From: an uncultured Candidatus Saccharibacteria bacterium
GTDB taxonomy: Bacteria; Patescibacteriota; Saccharimonadia; Saccharimonadales; JACDBH01
Reading direction: 5' to 3'
Length of the DNA: 64,000 nt
Assembly (NCBI GenBank): GCA_964431415.1
Contig: CAYSJS010000001.1
Span: 1,740-65,739, forward strand
Below the pieces are notes generated by a model. That model did no database searches, was not told the origin of the DNA, and was given only the letters and a program-made list of their open reading frames with translations. Made by a program: the position numbers and the translations under genes. Of this stretch, positions 1 through 8,281 are shown piece by piece. Positions within the stretch are counted from its first letter, which is position 1. Each line of letters starts with the position of its first letter.

Positions 1-1149
1 ATTGCAGCCGCGATTGAAGCCGACCAGAGCCGTGACGGCGTTAAAATCTTGAGTGTACTGAGCGCTGCAACCGCTCGCGGTATCCCGGTCAAGAGCTATG
101 GTGTCGACCCCGCAACCGGCCGTCTTGTCGCATCACGCCACCCAGTAGGTGTTATCGCCGCACAAAGTATCGGCGAGCCAGGTACGCAGCTAACTCTAAA
201 GACCTTCCATAGTGGTGGTGTGGCTGGTGCCGACATTACAACCGGTTTGCCGCGTGTTGAAGAGTTGTTTGAAGTACGCGCTCCAAAGGGTCAGGCGTAT
301 GTTTCTGACATCGATGGTGTGGCTAATGTATGGGAAGAGGGCGAAAACTACATTGTGCAGGTTACTGGTGACGAAAACCAAAAGGTTACCTTGCCGCTCG
401 AAGGCCGCACACCAAAAGTCGCCTCCGGATCCGACATTGCGATTGGTGATGTGATTGCCGAAGGTGCTAAGGGTGCAAGCCCGCTGATCGCGCCAATTGC
501 GGGTAAGGTTGACCTAACCGATAAAACAGCAACCATTAGCCCTGCAAAACAAGCGGTTGTGCGCTACGAAATCCCGGGCTTCAAACAAGTGGTTGTTAAA
601 GATGGCGACAAAGTAGTTGCAGGACAGAGATTGACGAACGGTTCTATTAACCTGCACGATCTCATGCGCCTCCAGGGTGTAGAGGCGACACAGCGCTACA
701 TCATGAACGAAATCTTGCGTATCTTCGCAAGCCAGGGTCAGAACATTGCCGACAAGCATTTAGAAATCATCGTGCGCCAAATGTTTGGCCGCGTACAGAT
801 TGAAGATGCGGGCGACAGCGACCTCGTTAACGGTGACGTTGCAAGCAAGCAAGCGGTGCTCGTACTCAACGAAGAGCTCGCTCGTGCAGGCAAGCAGCCA
901 GTGAAGTATAATCAGCTGCTGCTCGGTATTACGAAAGCAAGTCTTTCGACCGATTCGTTCTTGAGCGCTGCAAGCTTCCAAGATACAACGCGTGTGCTTA
1001 TCTCTGCCGCAACCAGTGGTCGCGTAGACTACCTGTACGGCTTGAAAGAAAACGTGATTCTTGGACGCCGCATTCCTGTGGGAACCGGTGCTAAATACAC
1101 CGAAGCCGAACAAGATCGCGCCGACGATCTCGTTACTCAGAACAGCTAA
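1..1149 (+). CDS. rpoC: DNA-directed RNA polymerase subunit beta' (C-terminal part; 5' end lies outside the window)
   Basis: Frame 1 is open from base 1. Translation carries conserved beta' C-terminal blocks (GEPGTQLTLKTFHSGGVAG, LLGITKASLSTDSFLSAASFQDTTRVL, ENVILGRRIPVGTG). Position upstream of rpsL-rpsG is typical. Confidence 0.93.
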   Translation: MAAAIEADQSRDGVKILSVLSAATARGIPVKSYGVDPATGRLVASRHPVGVIAAQSIGEPGTQLTLKTFHSGGVAGADITTGLPRVEELFEVRAPKGQAYVSDIDGVANVWEEGENYIVQVTGDENQKVTLPLEGRTPKVASGSDIAIGDVIAEGAKGASPLIAPIAGKVDLTDKTATISPAKQAVVRYEIPGFKQVVVKDGDKVVAGQRLTNGSINLHDLMRLQGVEATQRYIMNEILRIFASQGQNIADKHLEIIVRQMFGRVQIEDAGDSDLVNGDVASKQAVLVLNEELARAGKQPVKYNQLLLGITKASLSTDSFLSAASFQDTTRVLISAATSGRVDYLYGLKENVILGRRIPVGTGAKYTEAEQDRADDLVTQNS

Positions 1150-1172
1150 TTAGTAAACAAGTTAGCTGGGTG

Positions 1173-1222
1173 CAAGTGAGCAAGTGAAGACTTTTTATAA
1201 AGGGTTGGAACTTGCTCACTTG
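1173..1222 (+). terminator. Perfect 13-bp inverted repeat after rpoC (caagtgagcaagt / acttgctcacttg) with a 24-nt loop; no T-tract follows
   Basis: Read directly from the sequence: arms at 1173-1185 and 1210-1222. The function (terminator or processing site) is not established. Confidence 0.3.
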
Positions 1223-1256
1223 GTGTAAAAAGTAATATACAAGGTAGGATAACAAT

Positions 1257-1496
1257 ATGGGAATGACGATGAAGGGTCTACTTGATCCATATGTTTGTGA
1301 TTATGAATTGTGCCCAAATTTTCAGATAGCATTAGAAGGAGGCATGACTGACGATGAAGCGGCTGGTATTTGTTGTTCGGCTATGAAGCGCATTATAGGG
1401 GGAGACCCTGAAAGATCAGTTACTGCCGCTATGAATGGTGTAGAATGTGGACTTTTTCTAGCTCAAGTAGAAAATAATCAGCAAAAAGCTGAATGA
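1257..1496 (+). CDS. Hypothetical small Cys-rich protein (79 aa)
   Basis: ORF between rpoC and rpsL on the operon strand. No family recognised. Confidence 0.4.
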   Translation: MGMTMKGLLDPYVCDYELCPNFQIALEGGMTDDEAAGICCSAMKRIIGGDPERSVTAAMNGVECGLFLAQVENNQQKAE

Positions 1497-1566
1497 TTTT
1501 TATTTTCTGAAGCTGTTTACTGTGTAGGCTTGACAGATGTCCTAATACCACTTATGTCAATAGGAC

Positions 1567-1595
1567 TTGTGAACAACGAAACAATCTGTTAAAAT
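1567..1595 (+). promoter_or_regulatory. Candidate sigma-70-type promoter for rpsL (TTGTGA-N17-TAAAAT)
   Basis: Hexamers at 1567-1572 and 1590-1595 with a 17-nt spacer. The -35 is weak. Confidence 0.3.
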
Positions 1596-1692
1596 CTAGT
1601 GCAGAGTTTAAGTGTTATTAGATTCCTCGTGCTGAAGAAACTAATGACGCGACACAATTAATTAATAAGCCAGCGTATAGCGTGAGGCGTAT

Positions 1693-1739
1693 AGGGTGTA
1701 GGTAAACTACTTACCCCTAACACCTAACCGCTACACCCT
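1693..1739 (+). promoter_or_regulatory. rpsL leader element with two mutually exclusive pairings
   Basis: agggtgtaggtaa (1693-1705) can pair either with ttacccctaacacc (1711-1724) or with ctacaccct (1731-1739). The element lies just upstream of the GGAG RBS and the TTG start of rpsL. Confidence 0.3.
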
Positions 1740-1761
1740 GTTAAATCGGAGATTTAACACT

Positions 1762-2175
1762 TTGCCAACAATCAACCAACTTGTACGCAAGCCGCGTACC
1801 ATAACTAAGTCCAAGACCAAGAGTCCTGCGCTGCAGCGCGTGACGAACAGTCTTAAGACCAAGTCATACGAAAAAGCCGCTCCTTTTAAGCGCGGTGTTT
1901 GTATTAAAGTAACGACCAAAACACCAAAGAAACCAAACTCAGCCCTTCGCAAGGTTGCTCGTGTTCGTTTGAACAACGGCTACGAAGTGTGGGCATACAT
2001 CGGCGGTGAAGGTCACAACCTCCAGGAACACGCCGTGGTGCTTGTTCGTGGTGGACGCGTGCCGGATCTTCCAGGTGTTCGCTATCACATCGTTCGTGGG
2101 TCGCTTGACCTTCAGGGTGTTGCCAACCGCAAGCGCGGCCGCTCAAAGTACGGCGCAAAGAAGGACGGTAAGTAA
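1762..2175 (+). CDS. rpsL: 30S ribosomal protein S12
   Basis: PTINQLVRK..., [15 protein letters not shown] and [15 protein letters not shown] motifs. TTG start. Confidence 0.97.
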   Translation: MPTINQLVRKPRTITKSKTKSPALQRVTNSLKTKSYEKAAPFKRGVCIKVTTKTPKKPNSALRKVARVRLNNGYEVWAYIGGEGHNLQEHAVVLVRGGRVPDLPGVRYHIVRGSLDLQGVANRKRGRSKYGAKKDGK

Positions 2176-2176
2176 T

Positions 2177-2377
2177 ATGTCATACGACGCAAGAGAAGTA
2201 GAAGCCGCTTTAATTAATTATGATCCAGAAACGAGTGCCGCTAGACAGCGTAGGCTAGAGGCTCGAAATAGACTCGCTGCAGCTATGCTCGTTGAATCAA
2301 TTGAAGCTAGCGAAGTCGACAGGCAACAAAGTCCACTGCTTCCAGGTGTAGTGGTTGTCTTGGAAGGAGAAATGTAA
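2177..2377 (+). CDS. Orphan 66-aa protein inserted between rpsL and rpsG
   Basis: The ATG lies 1 nt after the rpsL TAA, and the ORF's own TAA overlaps the rpsG ATG (TAATG). The ORF fills the whole gap. No family recognised. Confidence 0.5.
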   Translation: MSYDAREVEAALINYDPETSAARQRRLEARNRLAAAMLVESIEASEVDRQQSPLLPGVVVVLEGEM

Positions 2378-2853
2378 TGCCACGTAAAGTAACCAAATCT
2401 CTCGTTCGAGAAGTCAAACCAGACCGTAAATACAACAACCAACAGGTAACACGTGTTATTAACCGCGTGATGCAAGATGGTAAAAAGCAAACTGCAGAAC
2501 GCCTTGTCTATGAGGGCATGGAAATTGCAGCCAAGAAGCTCAAAGTAGAAAACCCAGTTGAAGTGTTTGAAAAAGCGCTCAACAACATCAAACCATATCT
2601 AGAAACCCGGTCACGCCGCGTTGGTGGCGCAAACTACCAGATTCCTTTTGAAGTAAAAGGCCAGCGCCAGTATCACCTTATGACCATGTGGTTTGTACAA
2701 GCAGCCCGAAGCCGTAAAGGCATCGGCATGGCGGATCGTATTGCAATGGAACTCGTTGATGCCTTCAACGGCACAGGTACCGCTGTCAAGAAACGTGAAG
2801 ATGCGCACAAGATGGCAGAATCTAACCGAGCATTTGCACACTTTGCGAGGTAG
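2377..2853 (+). CDS. rpsG: 30S ribosomal protein S7
   Basis: MPRK... N-terminus, RVGGANYQIPFEV motif, synteny. Confidence 0.97.
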   Translation: MPRKVTKSLVREVKPDRKYNNQQVTRVINRVMQDGKKQTAERLVYEGMEIAAKKLKVENPVEVFEKALNNIKPYLETRSRRVGGANYQIPFEVKGQRQYHLMTMWFVQAARSRKGIGMADRIAMELVDAFNGTGTAVKKREDAHKMAESNRAFAHFAR

Positions 2854-2856
2854 AAA

Positions 2857-3093
2857 ATGGAAGTTCCTCAAAGTGTAATGAGTTTCGTCCAAAGACGGGT
2901 TGAAGCCGCAACGGGTAGACGTGAGATCTACGAAGGTCGCCTGTCTGTTGACCAAATGCATGGCCTTTCAGTGACGCCTGCTCAAGTTTTAATACGTGGC
3001 GCCCTTTGTACTTTGGAGGCTATTGCACAAGGCACAGAAGAATTTCTGACCTCAGATGAAAAGCTCGATGACTTATTTTCACGAAGAAAGTAA
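2857..3093 (+). CDS. Hypothetical 78-aa protein
   Basis: The ORF starts 3 nt after the rpsG stop on the same strand. No family recognised. Confidence 0.45.
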   Translation: MEVPQSVMSFVQRRVEAATGRREIYEGRLSVDQMHGLSVTPAQVLIRGALCTLEAIAQGTEEFLTSDEKLDDLFSRRK

Positions 3094-3134
3094 ACAGTAT
3101 ATGAAAATTATAAAGCCTGTATTGGCTTGAGGAT

Positions 3135-3344
3135 ATGATAATGAGTGAAGGTACGCCACAAAATGGATTTTCGCTTCTTCCTGAACGCTTCGCTCCGGAA
3201 GACCTTTCTGCGATCAGGGAGCTTGCAAGTGAACTCGATAATCCATCGATGGAAATCGTCAGGGCAGCCCTGGGAAGATTTGAGGAGCATATACTCAGAA
3301 GAAGAAATGAAGGTGGAGAAGGTACACCGCCCCCTACTATGTAG
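3135..3344 (+). CDS. Hypothetical 69-aa protein, weakly ribbon-helix-helix-like
   Basis: The segment FSLLPERFAPEDLSAIRELASELDNPSMEIVRAALGRF has a strand-helix-helix pattern (impression only). The start could instead be the ATG at 3141. Confidence 0.4.
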   Translation: MIMSEGTPQNGFSLLPERFAPEDLSAIRELASELDNPSMEIVRAALGRFEEHILRRRNEGGEGTPPPTM

Positions 3345-3367
3345 GTAGCACTACAGAAAGAAAAGCA

Positions 3368-3634
3368 ATGGCAGAAATTGGAGGAAGACTCAAAGACAAT
3401 GCGTTCACTAATGCTGGCTTTGCCGCTCTGGACGACATTGCTGCTGCAGCTCTAAGGAGAGGTCGTCAGGGCCGGGGCTGTGATATTGAACTGCAACTGG
3501 CTTCCACGGGCGATACGTATCCCCTCGACCCGAGCAGGATTTCAGCCATTCAAGACGCGGTTACCTCCACAACTCTGATGCCAGCTGACGCTGTTAGATG
3601 TGTCGCGATGATTGTTCATGGTGTCATAAAATAA
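3368..3634 (+). CDS. Hypothetical 88-aa protein
   Basis: Same-strand ORF. No family recognised. Confidence 0.4.
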   Translation: MAEIGGRLKDNAFTNAGFAALDDIAAAALRRGRQGRGCDIELQLASTGDTYPLDPSRISAIQDAVTSTTLMPADAVRCVAMIVHGVIK

Positions 3635-3716
3635 TAAAACATGCACGAGAATATCAAGAAGCGCTTTGAAGTGTGACGGCCGAGCATTACCTAATAAAAA
3701 AGTCAGGAGAAATACA

Positions 3717-4064
3717 GTGACACAGCAAGAAGCAGAAAATAGCAGAACCTCCCTTGTATTTGGCGTGTCCAGACAATCGGTAGAAGAGCAGTTTTTAAGC
3801 GGACAGGCCGAGAGTCCGTCGGCTATATATTTTGAGTTGTCGCGCCTCTACGTAGCACTTTCAGGATGTGTCGTAGTCGAGACCGACAATACGTTCTTGT
3901 CCGAAAGTGATTTGGCTACGGCCAAACGAGATGCAGAGGCGGCGCTTGCCTATAGTGTGGCGTATCGCAGTTTTTGCAGCGACACATTTCATAACGACAC
4001 CGTTCAACTTCAACTGCTTGCAGGCTATGTCGATAGCCTACTCAAGGCAAAAGACGAAAGCTAA
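3717..4064 (+). CDS. Hypothetical 115-aa acidic protein
   Basis: A GTG at 3717 is preceded by AGGAG (3704-3708). The longer ORF-track start at 3666 (TTG) lacks an RBS. Confidence 0.45.
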   Translation: MTQQEAENSRTSLVFGVSRQSVEEQFLSGQAESPSAIYFELSRLYVALSGCVVVETDNTFLSESDLATAKRDAEAALAYSVAYRSFCSDTFHNDTVQLQLLAGYVDSLLKAKDES

Positions 4065-4106
4065 AAGTATACGTAACTAGCCCTCCGGGCCAAAGGTAAG
4101 GACACC

Positions 4107-4135
4107 TTTACTACAGGGGTAAGCTGTAGTATAAT
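4107..4135 (+). promoter_or_regulatory. Candidate promoter for fusA (TTTACT-N17-TATAAT, preceded by gACACc)
   Basis: Hexamers at 4107-4112 and 4130-4135 with an exact 17-nt spacer. Confidence 0.5.
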
Positions 4136-4170
4136 AAGCCCCTGAAGGTACTAACGCAATAGATGCGGAA

Positions 4171-4256
4171 GTAGATAGTAGTTAGGAAGATGGCTCAAAG
4201 AAGGTTTTCTTTTATACGCCCTGTTCTATCTACCGCCTACTACCTACTAACTACTA
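4171..4256 (+). promoter_or_regulatory. fusA leader GTAG/CTAC inverted-repeat element
   Basis: gtagatagtagttagg (4171-4186) is complementary to ctatctac within 4226-4234 and to ctaactacta (4247-4256). The arm order A-B...A'-B' makes the two pairings competing or pseudoknot-like. Confidence 0.35.
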
Positions 4257-4274
4257 AATTACGAAGGAAGAACT

Positions 4275-6362
4275 ATGGCAGATAAAAAAACAGCAATGAA
4301 AATGATCCGCAACATGGGTATTATCGCTCATATTGACGCCGGTAAAACGACGACAACCGAAGGTATTTTGTACCGCACTGGCCTAAAGCACAAAATTGGC
4401 GCCGTGCACGAAGGCGAAACTACCACCGACTGGATGGCTCAGGAACGCGAGCGCGGTATTACTATTGTTTCTGCTGCAGTTACCTGTTACTGGAAGGGAC
4501 ACCAGATTAACATTATCGATACGCCGGGTCACATCGACTTTACAGTCGAGGTAGAACGTTCACTCCGCGTACTCGACGGAGCATGTGTTGTCTTTGACGG
4601 TAAAATGGGTGTTGAATCACAATCTGAGACGGTATGGCGCCAGGCTACCAAATACGGCGTGCCACGTATCTGCTTTATTAACAAGATTAACCAAACCGGC
4701 GGCGACTTCTACAAGAGCCTTGAATCTATTCATAACCGCCTCAGCAAGCGCGCATTCCCGGTCCACCTGCCAATTGGCTTTGAGCAGAGCATAAACGGTG
4801 TTGTCGACTTGGTTACAATGAAGGCGTACACCTACAAAGACTTTACCGATCACGAGCTGATCGAAGGCGAAATTCCCGCCGACATGATGGACGAGGTAAA
4901 GCGTTACCGCTCGCTTTTGATTGAAAATGCCGTTGCCGAAGACGAAGCAATGCTTGAAAAGTACTTCGAAGTGGGTGAAGAAGGTTTGAGCGAAGAAGAC
5001 ATCAAGCAGGCGATTCGTTCTGCGGTACTTTCTGGCAACTTCTTTGCAGTTACGGGCGGTGATGGTCGCGGAGTAATTGTAGAAAAACTTCTCGACATGT
5101 TTATGGACTACCTCCCAAGCCCGCTTGACCGCGGCAGCACATGGGGCACGCATCCAAAAACCGGTGACGAAATTGAGCGCCAGCCTGCTGAGGATCAGCC
5201 AATGGCCGGTCTTGCATTTAAGATCACAACCGACCCGTTTGTGGGTAAGCTTGCATATTTCCGTGTGTATTCTGGCAAGATTACGGCCGGGTCATATGTA
5301 CTCAACAGCTCAACAGGCGAAAAAGAGCGTATTGGACGCATTGTTCGTATGCAAGCAGACAAGCGCGAAGATGTGGCAGAAGTGTCTGCCGGTGACATCG
5401 CCGCAATCGTTGGCTTAAAAGGGACGACGACTGGCCACACATTGTGCGACCCAAATAATCCTATCGTACTTGAGAGCATTACCTTCCCAGAGCCTCCGGT
5501 TTCTATCGCTATCGAACCAAAGACAAAATCTGACCAAGAAAAAATGTCGATCGCTATGCAGCGCTTGGCTGAAGAAGATCCAACCTTCCGTATTAAAGTT
5601 GATGACGAAACCGGCCAGACGATCATCAGCGGCATGGGTGAGCTGCACCTAGAAATTATTGTTGACCGTATGAAGCGCGAATTTGACGTTGAAGCAAACA
5701 TTGGCGCACCGCAGGTTGCGTACCGCGAAACGATCCGTAAAGCCGATGTTGAAGCGCAAGGTAAGTTTATTCGTCAGTCTGGTGGACGCGGTCAGTACGG
5801 TGACGCATGGATCCGTATTTCGCCAAATGAGCAGGGTAAGGGCTTTGAATTTATTAACTCGATCAAGGGTGGTGTAATCCCTGGCGAGTACATTAAGCCT
5901 GTTGAAGCCGGTATTGTTGAAGCGATGACGACCGGTACGGTTGCTGGCTATCCGGTAGTAGATGTAATTGTTGAACTGTACGATGGTAGTTACCACGAAG
6001 TTGACTCCAACGAAATGGCCTTTAAGATTGCAGGGTCAATGGCCTTCCAGGAAGCAATGAAGAAAGCTAACCCGGTTTTGCTTGAGCCAATCATGAAAGT
6101 TGTTGTAATTACACCAGAAGAGTTCATGGGTGACGTAATCGGTGACTTAAACAGCAAGCGCGCTCGAATCGAGTCTATGGAAGATCTTCAAGCTGGAATC
6201 AAAGAGATAACCGCCTTTGTACCGCTTGGTGAAATGTTTGGCTACACGACTACGCTTAGAAGCTCTACAAAGGGCCGCGCAAGTTCAAGCATGGAGCTTG
6301 ACCACTACGCCGACGTGCCGAACCATGTTGCAGAGGCAATCGCCAGCAAACGCGCAAAATAA
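4275..6362 (+). CDS. fusA: Elongation factor G
   Basis: AHIDAGKTTTTE, DTPGHIDFT and NKINQ GTPase motifs. 695 aa, with full-length EF-G-like sequence. Confidence 0.97.
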   Translation: MADKKTAMKMIRNMGIIAHIDAGKTTTTEGILYRTGLKHKIGAVHEGETTTDWMAQERERGITIVSAAVTCYWKGHQINIIDTPGHIDFTVEVERSLRVLDGACVVFDGKMGVESQSETVWRQATKYGVPRICFINKINQTGGDFYKSLESIHNRLSKRAFPVHLPIGFEQSINGVVDLVTMKAYTYKDFTDHELIEGEIPADMMDEVKRYRSLLIENAVAEDEAMLEKYFEVGEEGLSEEDIKQAIRSAVLSGNFFAVTGGDGRGVIVEKLLDMFMDYLPSPLDRGSTWGTHPKTGDEIERQPAEDQPMAGLAFKITTDPFVGKLAYFRVYSGKITAGSYVLNSSTGEKERIGRIVRMQADKREDVAEVSAGDIAAIVGLKGTTTGHTLCDPNNPIVLESITFPEPPVSIAIEPKTKSDQEKMSIAMQRLAEEDPTFRIKVDDETGQTIISGMGELHLEIIVDRMKREFDVEANIGAPQVAYRETIRKADVEAQGKFIRQSGGRGQYGDAWIRISPNEQGKGFEFINSIKGGVIPGEYIKPVEAGIVEAMTTGTVAGYPVVDVIVELYDGSYHEVDSNEMAFKIAGSMAFQEAMKKANPVLLEPIMKVVVITPEEFMGDVIGDLNSKRARIESMEDLQAGIKEITAFVPLGEMFGYTTTLRSSTKGRASSSMELDHYADVPNHVAEAIASKRAK

Positions 6363-6363
6363 G

Positions 6364-6391
6364 TTGCATAATTCTTGATTGGTAGTATAGT
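6364..6391 (+). promoter_or_regulatory. Candidate promoter (TTGCAT-N16-TATAGT) placed 11 nt before the ATG at 6403
   Basis: Hexamers read from the sequence. The spacing implies a very short or absent 5' UTR. Confidence 0.3.
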
Positions 6392-6402
6392 TTCTTTCTA
6401 AA

Positions 6403-6999
6403 ATGGCAGAACGTGAAATTGTACGTCTACCGGATGAAATAGAAAATCGCGCACTCACGATCTTGTGCGAAGGCGTGTCGAGCATTCAGGTGTCAATGTC
6501 AAGGCGGAGCATTGCAGAAGTATTTGCGAGTCCTGATTACGACGTAATGGTCGACGGAATTAAAAAGCTAGAGGAGCTTTACAGCATACTCGATCCGCCG
6601 GCTATTGTACTAAGACCGTCTCAAGCTGAAGGTGTGGATATAGATAATCTTCCTTCTCACGACCTAGTCGCCAATGTCGCGAGCGCTATAGCTCTATCAC
6701 AGACCGCGACCTATGATCAAAGAATGGAACTACTAGAAACTTGGGCGGGTATATCGTCAGACGGTCCTTATAGGACTATGCCCTCGCCAGAAGCGGCTTG
6801 GGTTGTTGCACAGGAACAACTTATTGACCAACGGGAATGGGCGACGCTCTCCAGGAATGAGGGCAGGATATTCGAAACAACTGCAATGCTTGAAGAGATC
6901 TACGCGGCCGGTCATCGCCCGAATATAGTAAAACACCTTGGCATACTTGCGAGCGGTGTAATCGGTACACTTGCTCGCGCCGTTTGGTATAGACGTTAA
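6403..6999 (+). CDS. Hypothetical 198-aa protein
   Basis: ORF directly after fusA. No family recognised. Confidence 0.5.
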   Translation: MAEREIVRLPDEIENRALTILCEGVSSIQVSMSRRSIAEVFASPDYDVMVDGIKKLEELYSILDPPAIVLRPSQAEGVDIDNLPSHDLVANVASAIALSQTATYDQRMELLETWAGISSDGPYRTMPSPEAAWVVAQEQLIDQREWATLSRNEGRIFETTAMLEEIYAAGHRPNIVKHLGILASGVIGTLARAVWYRR

Positions 7000-7008
7000 T
7001 TTTTGTTC

Positions 7009-7037
7009 TTTACGGACAGTACAATAAAGCTTATACT
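7009..7037 (+). promoter_or_regulatory. Candidate promoter (TTTACG-N17-TATACT) ending 8 nt before the ATG at 7046
   Basis: Hexamers at 7009-7014 and 7032-7037. The geometry suggests a leaderless transcript. Confidence 0.3.
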
Positions 7038-7045
7038 TACTCGTA

Positions 7046-8278
7046 ATGAAGGGTAAAAGGGTAAAGTTTAACTGGCGCATGATAGCTTTGGCAGCAGCGC
7101 TGAGTTTGTCGGCGTTTATTAGACTGCCGGCAGCTGACGCAGCATGTCCTAACAATGCAGGCACGTATGGTTCTGTAAGCGGAAGCTTTACAATTCCAGC
7201 CGCTGGCACATATAAAGTGTGGAGCCGAATAATGCCCGATGCGTCATCGACTACAAACGATTCTTACACCTTAGAAATAGACGGCACCACCTGTGGGGTG
7301 ACGGTAGGTGATGCCGGTACTCTGCCCGCCAATACATGGACATGGGTTGATTACCAAAACGGCAACACTGCCAGCAAGGTTACGGTAACGCTCTCCGCCG
7401 GTACCCATACATACACGATGTTTGGACGAGAAAGCAATGTCATGGTTGATCGGGTTATCTTTGCTTCTAATGCAGCATGTGTAATTAGCGGTCTTGGCGA
7501 TAACTGCATACCTTCTGCTGGCGATACTACGTATCCTACGGTTTCTCTCACTGCGCCTACCAACGGAAGCACGGTGAGCAACACCGTTACCGTGACGGCG
7601 AACGCAGCTGACAACGTAGGAGTTGCCGCGGTTTCGTTTTACTTAGATGGCTCTGCGACGCCTTTTGCTACAGATTCAACCAGCCCATACAGCGTATCGT
7701 GGGTTACGTCTGGCGTGAGCAACGGCAGCCATACACTTACTGCCAAGGCAGCCGATACTTCCGGACTTGTAACTACTTCTTCCGGAGTGGCAGTTACTGT
7801 CGCAAACACGGTGCCTGACACCACCTCGCCTACCGTATCGTTCACTGCTCCTTCTGTGGGAGCAACCCTAAGCGGTACGACAACGGTTACTATGAACGCG
7901 AGTGACAATGTGGGTGTAACCAGAGTTGAACTCTATGCAGATGGCACGCTTATAGGCACAGATACACAGAGTCCGTATAACTTCAGCGTAAACACTACCA
8001 GCTATACAAATGGCAGCCATACATTTATGGCAAGAGCATATGATACTGCAAATAATACGCCGGGCCAGGCTTCGGTTACGGTAACAGTTAACAATGTTAT
8101 TGCAACGCCGAAGGCAGGTGATGTGAACGGTGACAACAAGATTGATGTGTTTGATGCCTCGATTTTGCTCTCGAACTGGGGCAAATCCGGGATGAGCAAG
8201 GCTCAAGGTGACCTGAATGCCGATGGAACCGTGAATGTGTTTGACGCTTCGATATTATTAGCAAACTGGGGGAAATAA
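7046..8278 (+). CDS. Secreted protein: signal peptide, CBM-like beta-sandwich, two Ig-like domains, C-terminal dockerin
   Basis: The N-terminal hydrophobic signal ends in AADA. Two tandem repeats of about 95 aa are present (PTVSLTAPTNGSTVSNTVTVTANAADNVGV... / PTVSFTAPSVGATLSGTTTVTMNASDNVGV...). The C-terminus has duplicated Ca-binding dockerin segments (GDVNGDNKIDVFDASILLSNWGK / GDLNADGTVNVFDASILLANWGK). Confidence 0.75.
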   Translation: MKGKRVKFNWRMIALAAALSLSAFIRLPAADAACPNNAGTYGSVSGSFTIPAAGTYKVWSRIMPDASSTTNDSYTLEIDGTTCGVTVGDAGTLPANTWTWVDYQNGNTASKVTVTLSAGTHTYTMFGRESNVMVDRVIFASNAACVISGLGDNCIPSAGDTTYPTVSLTAPTNGSTVSNTVTVTANAADNVGVAAVSFYLDGSATPFATDSTSPYSVSWVTSGVSNGSHTLTAKAADTSGLVTTSSGVAVTVANTVPDTTSPTVSFTAPSVGATLSGTTTVTMNASDNVGVTRVELYADGTLIGTDTQSPYNFSVNTTSYTNGSHTFMARAYDTANNTPGQASVTVTVNNVIATPKAGDVNGDNKIDVFDASILLSNWGKSGMSKAQGDLNADGTVNVFDASILLANWGK

Positions 8279-8281
8279 GGT

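Noticed and set aside
3135-3634. Possible toxin-antitoxin pair (an RHH-like 69-aa protein followed by an 88-aa protein).
   Set aside because: The downstream protein shows no RelE/ParE/PIN/MazF-like motif that I can see, and the RHH assignment itself is only an impression.
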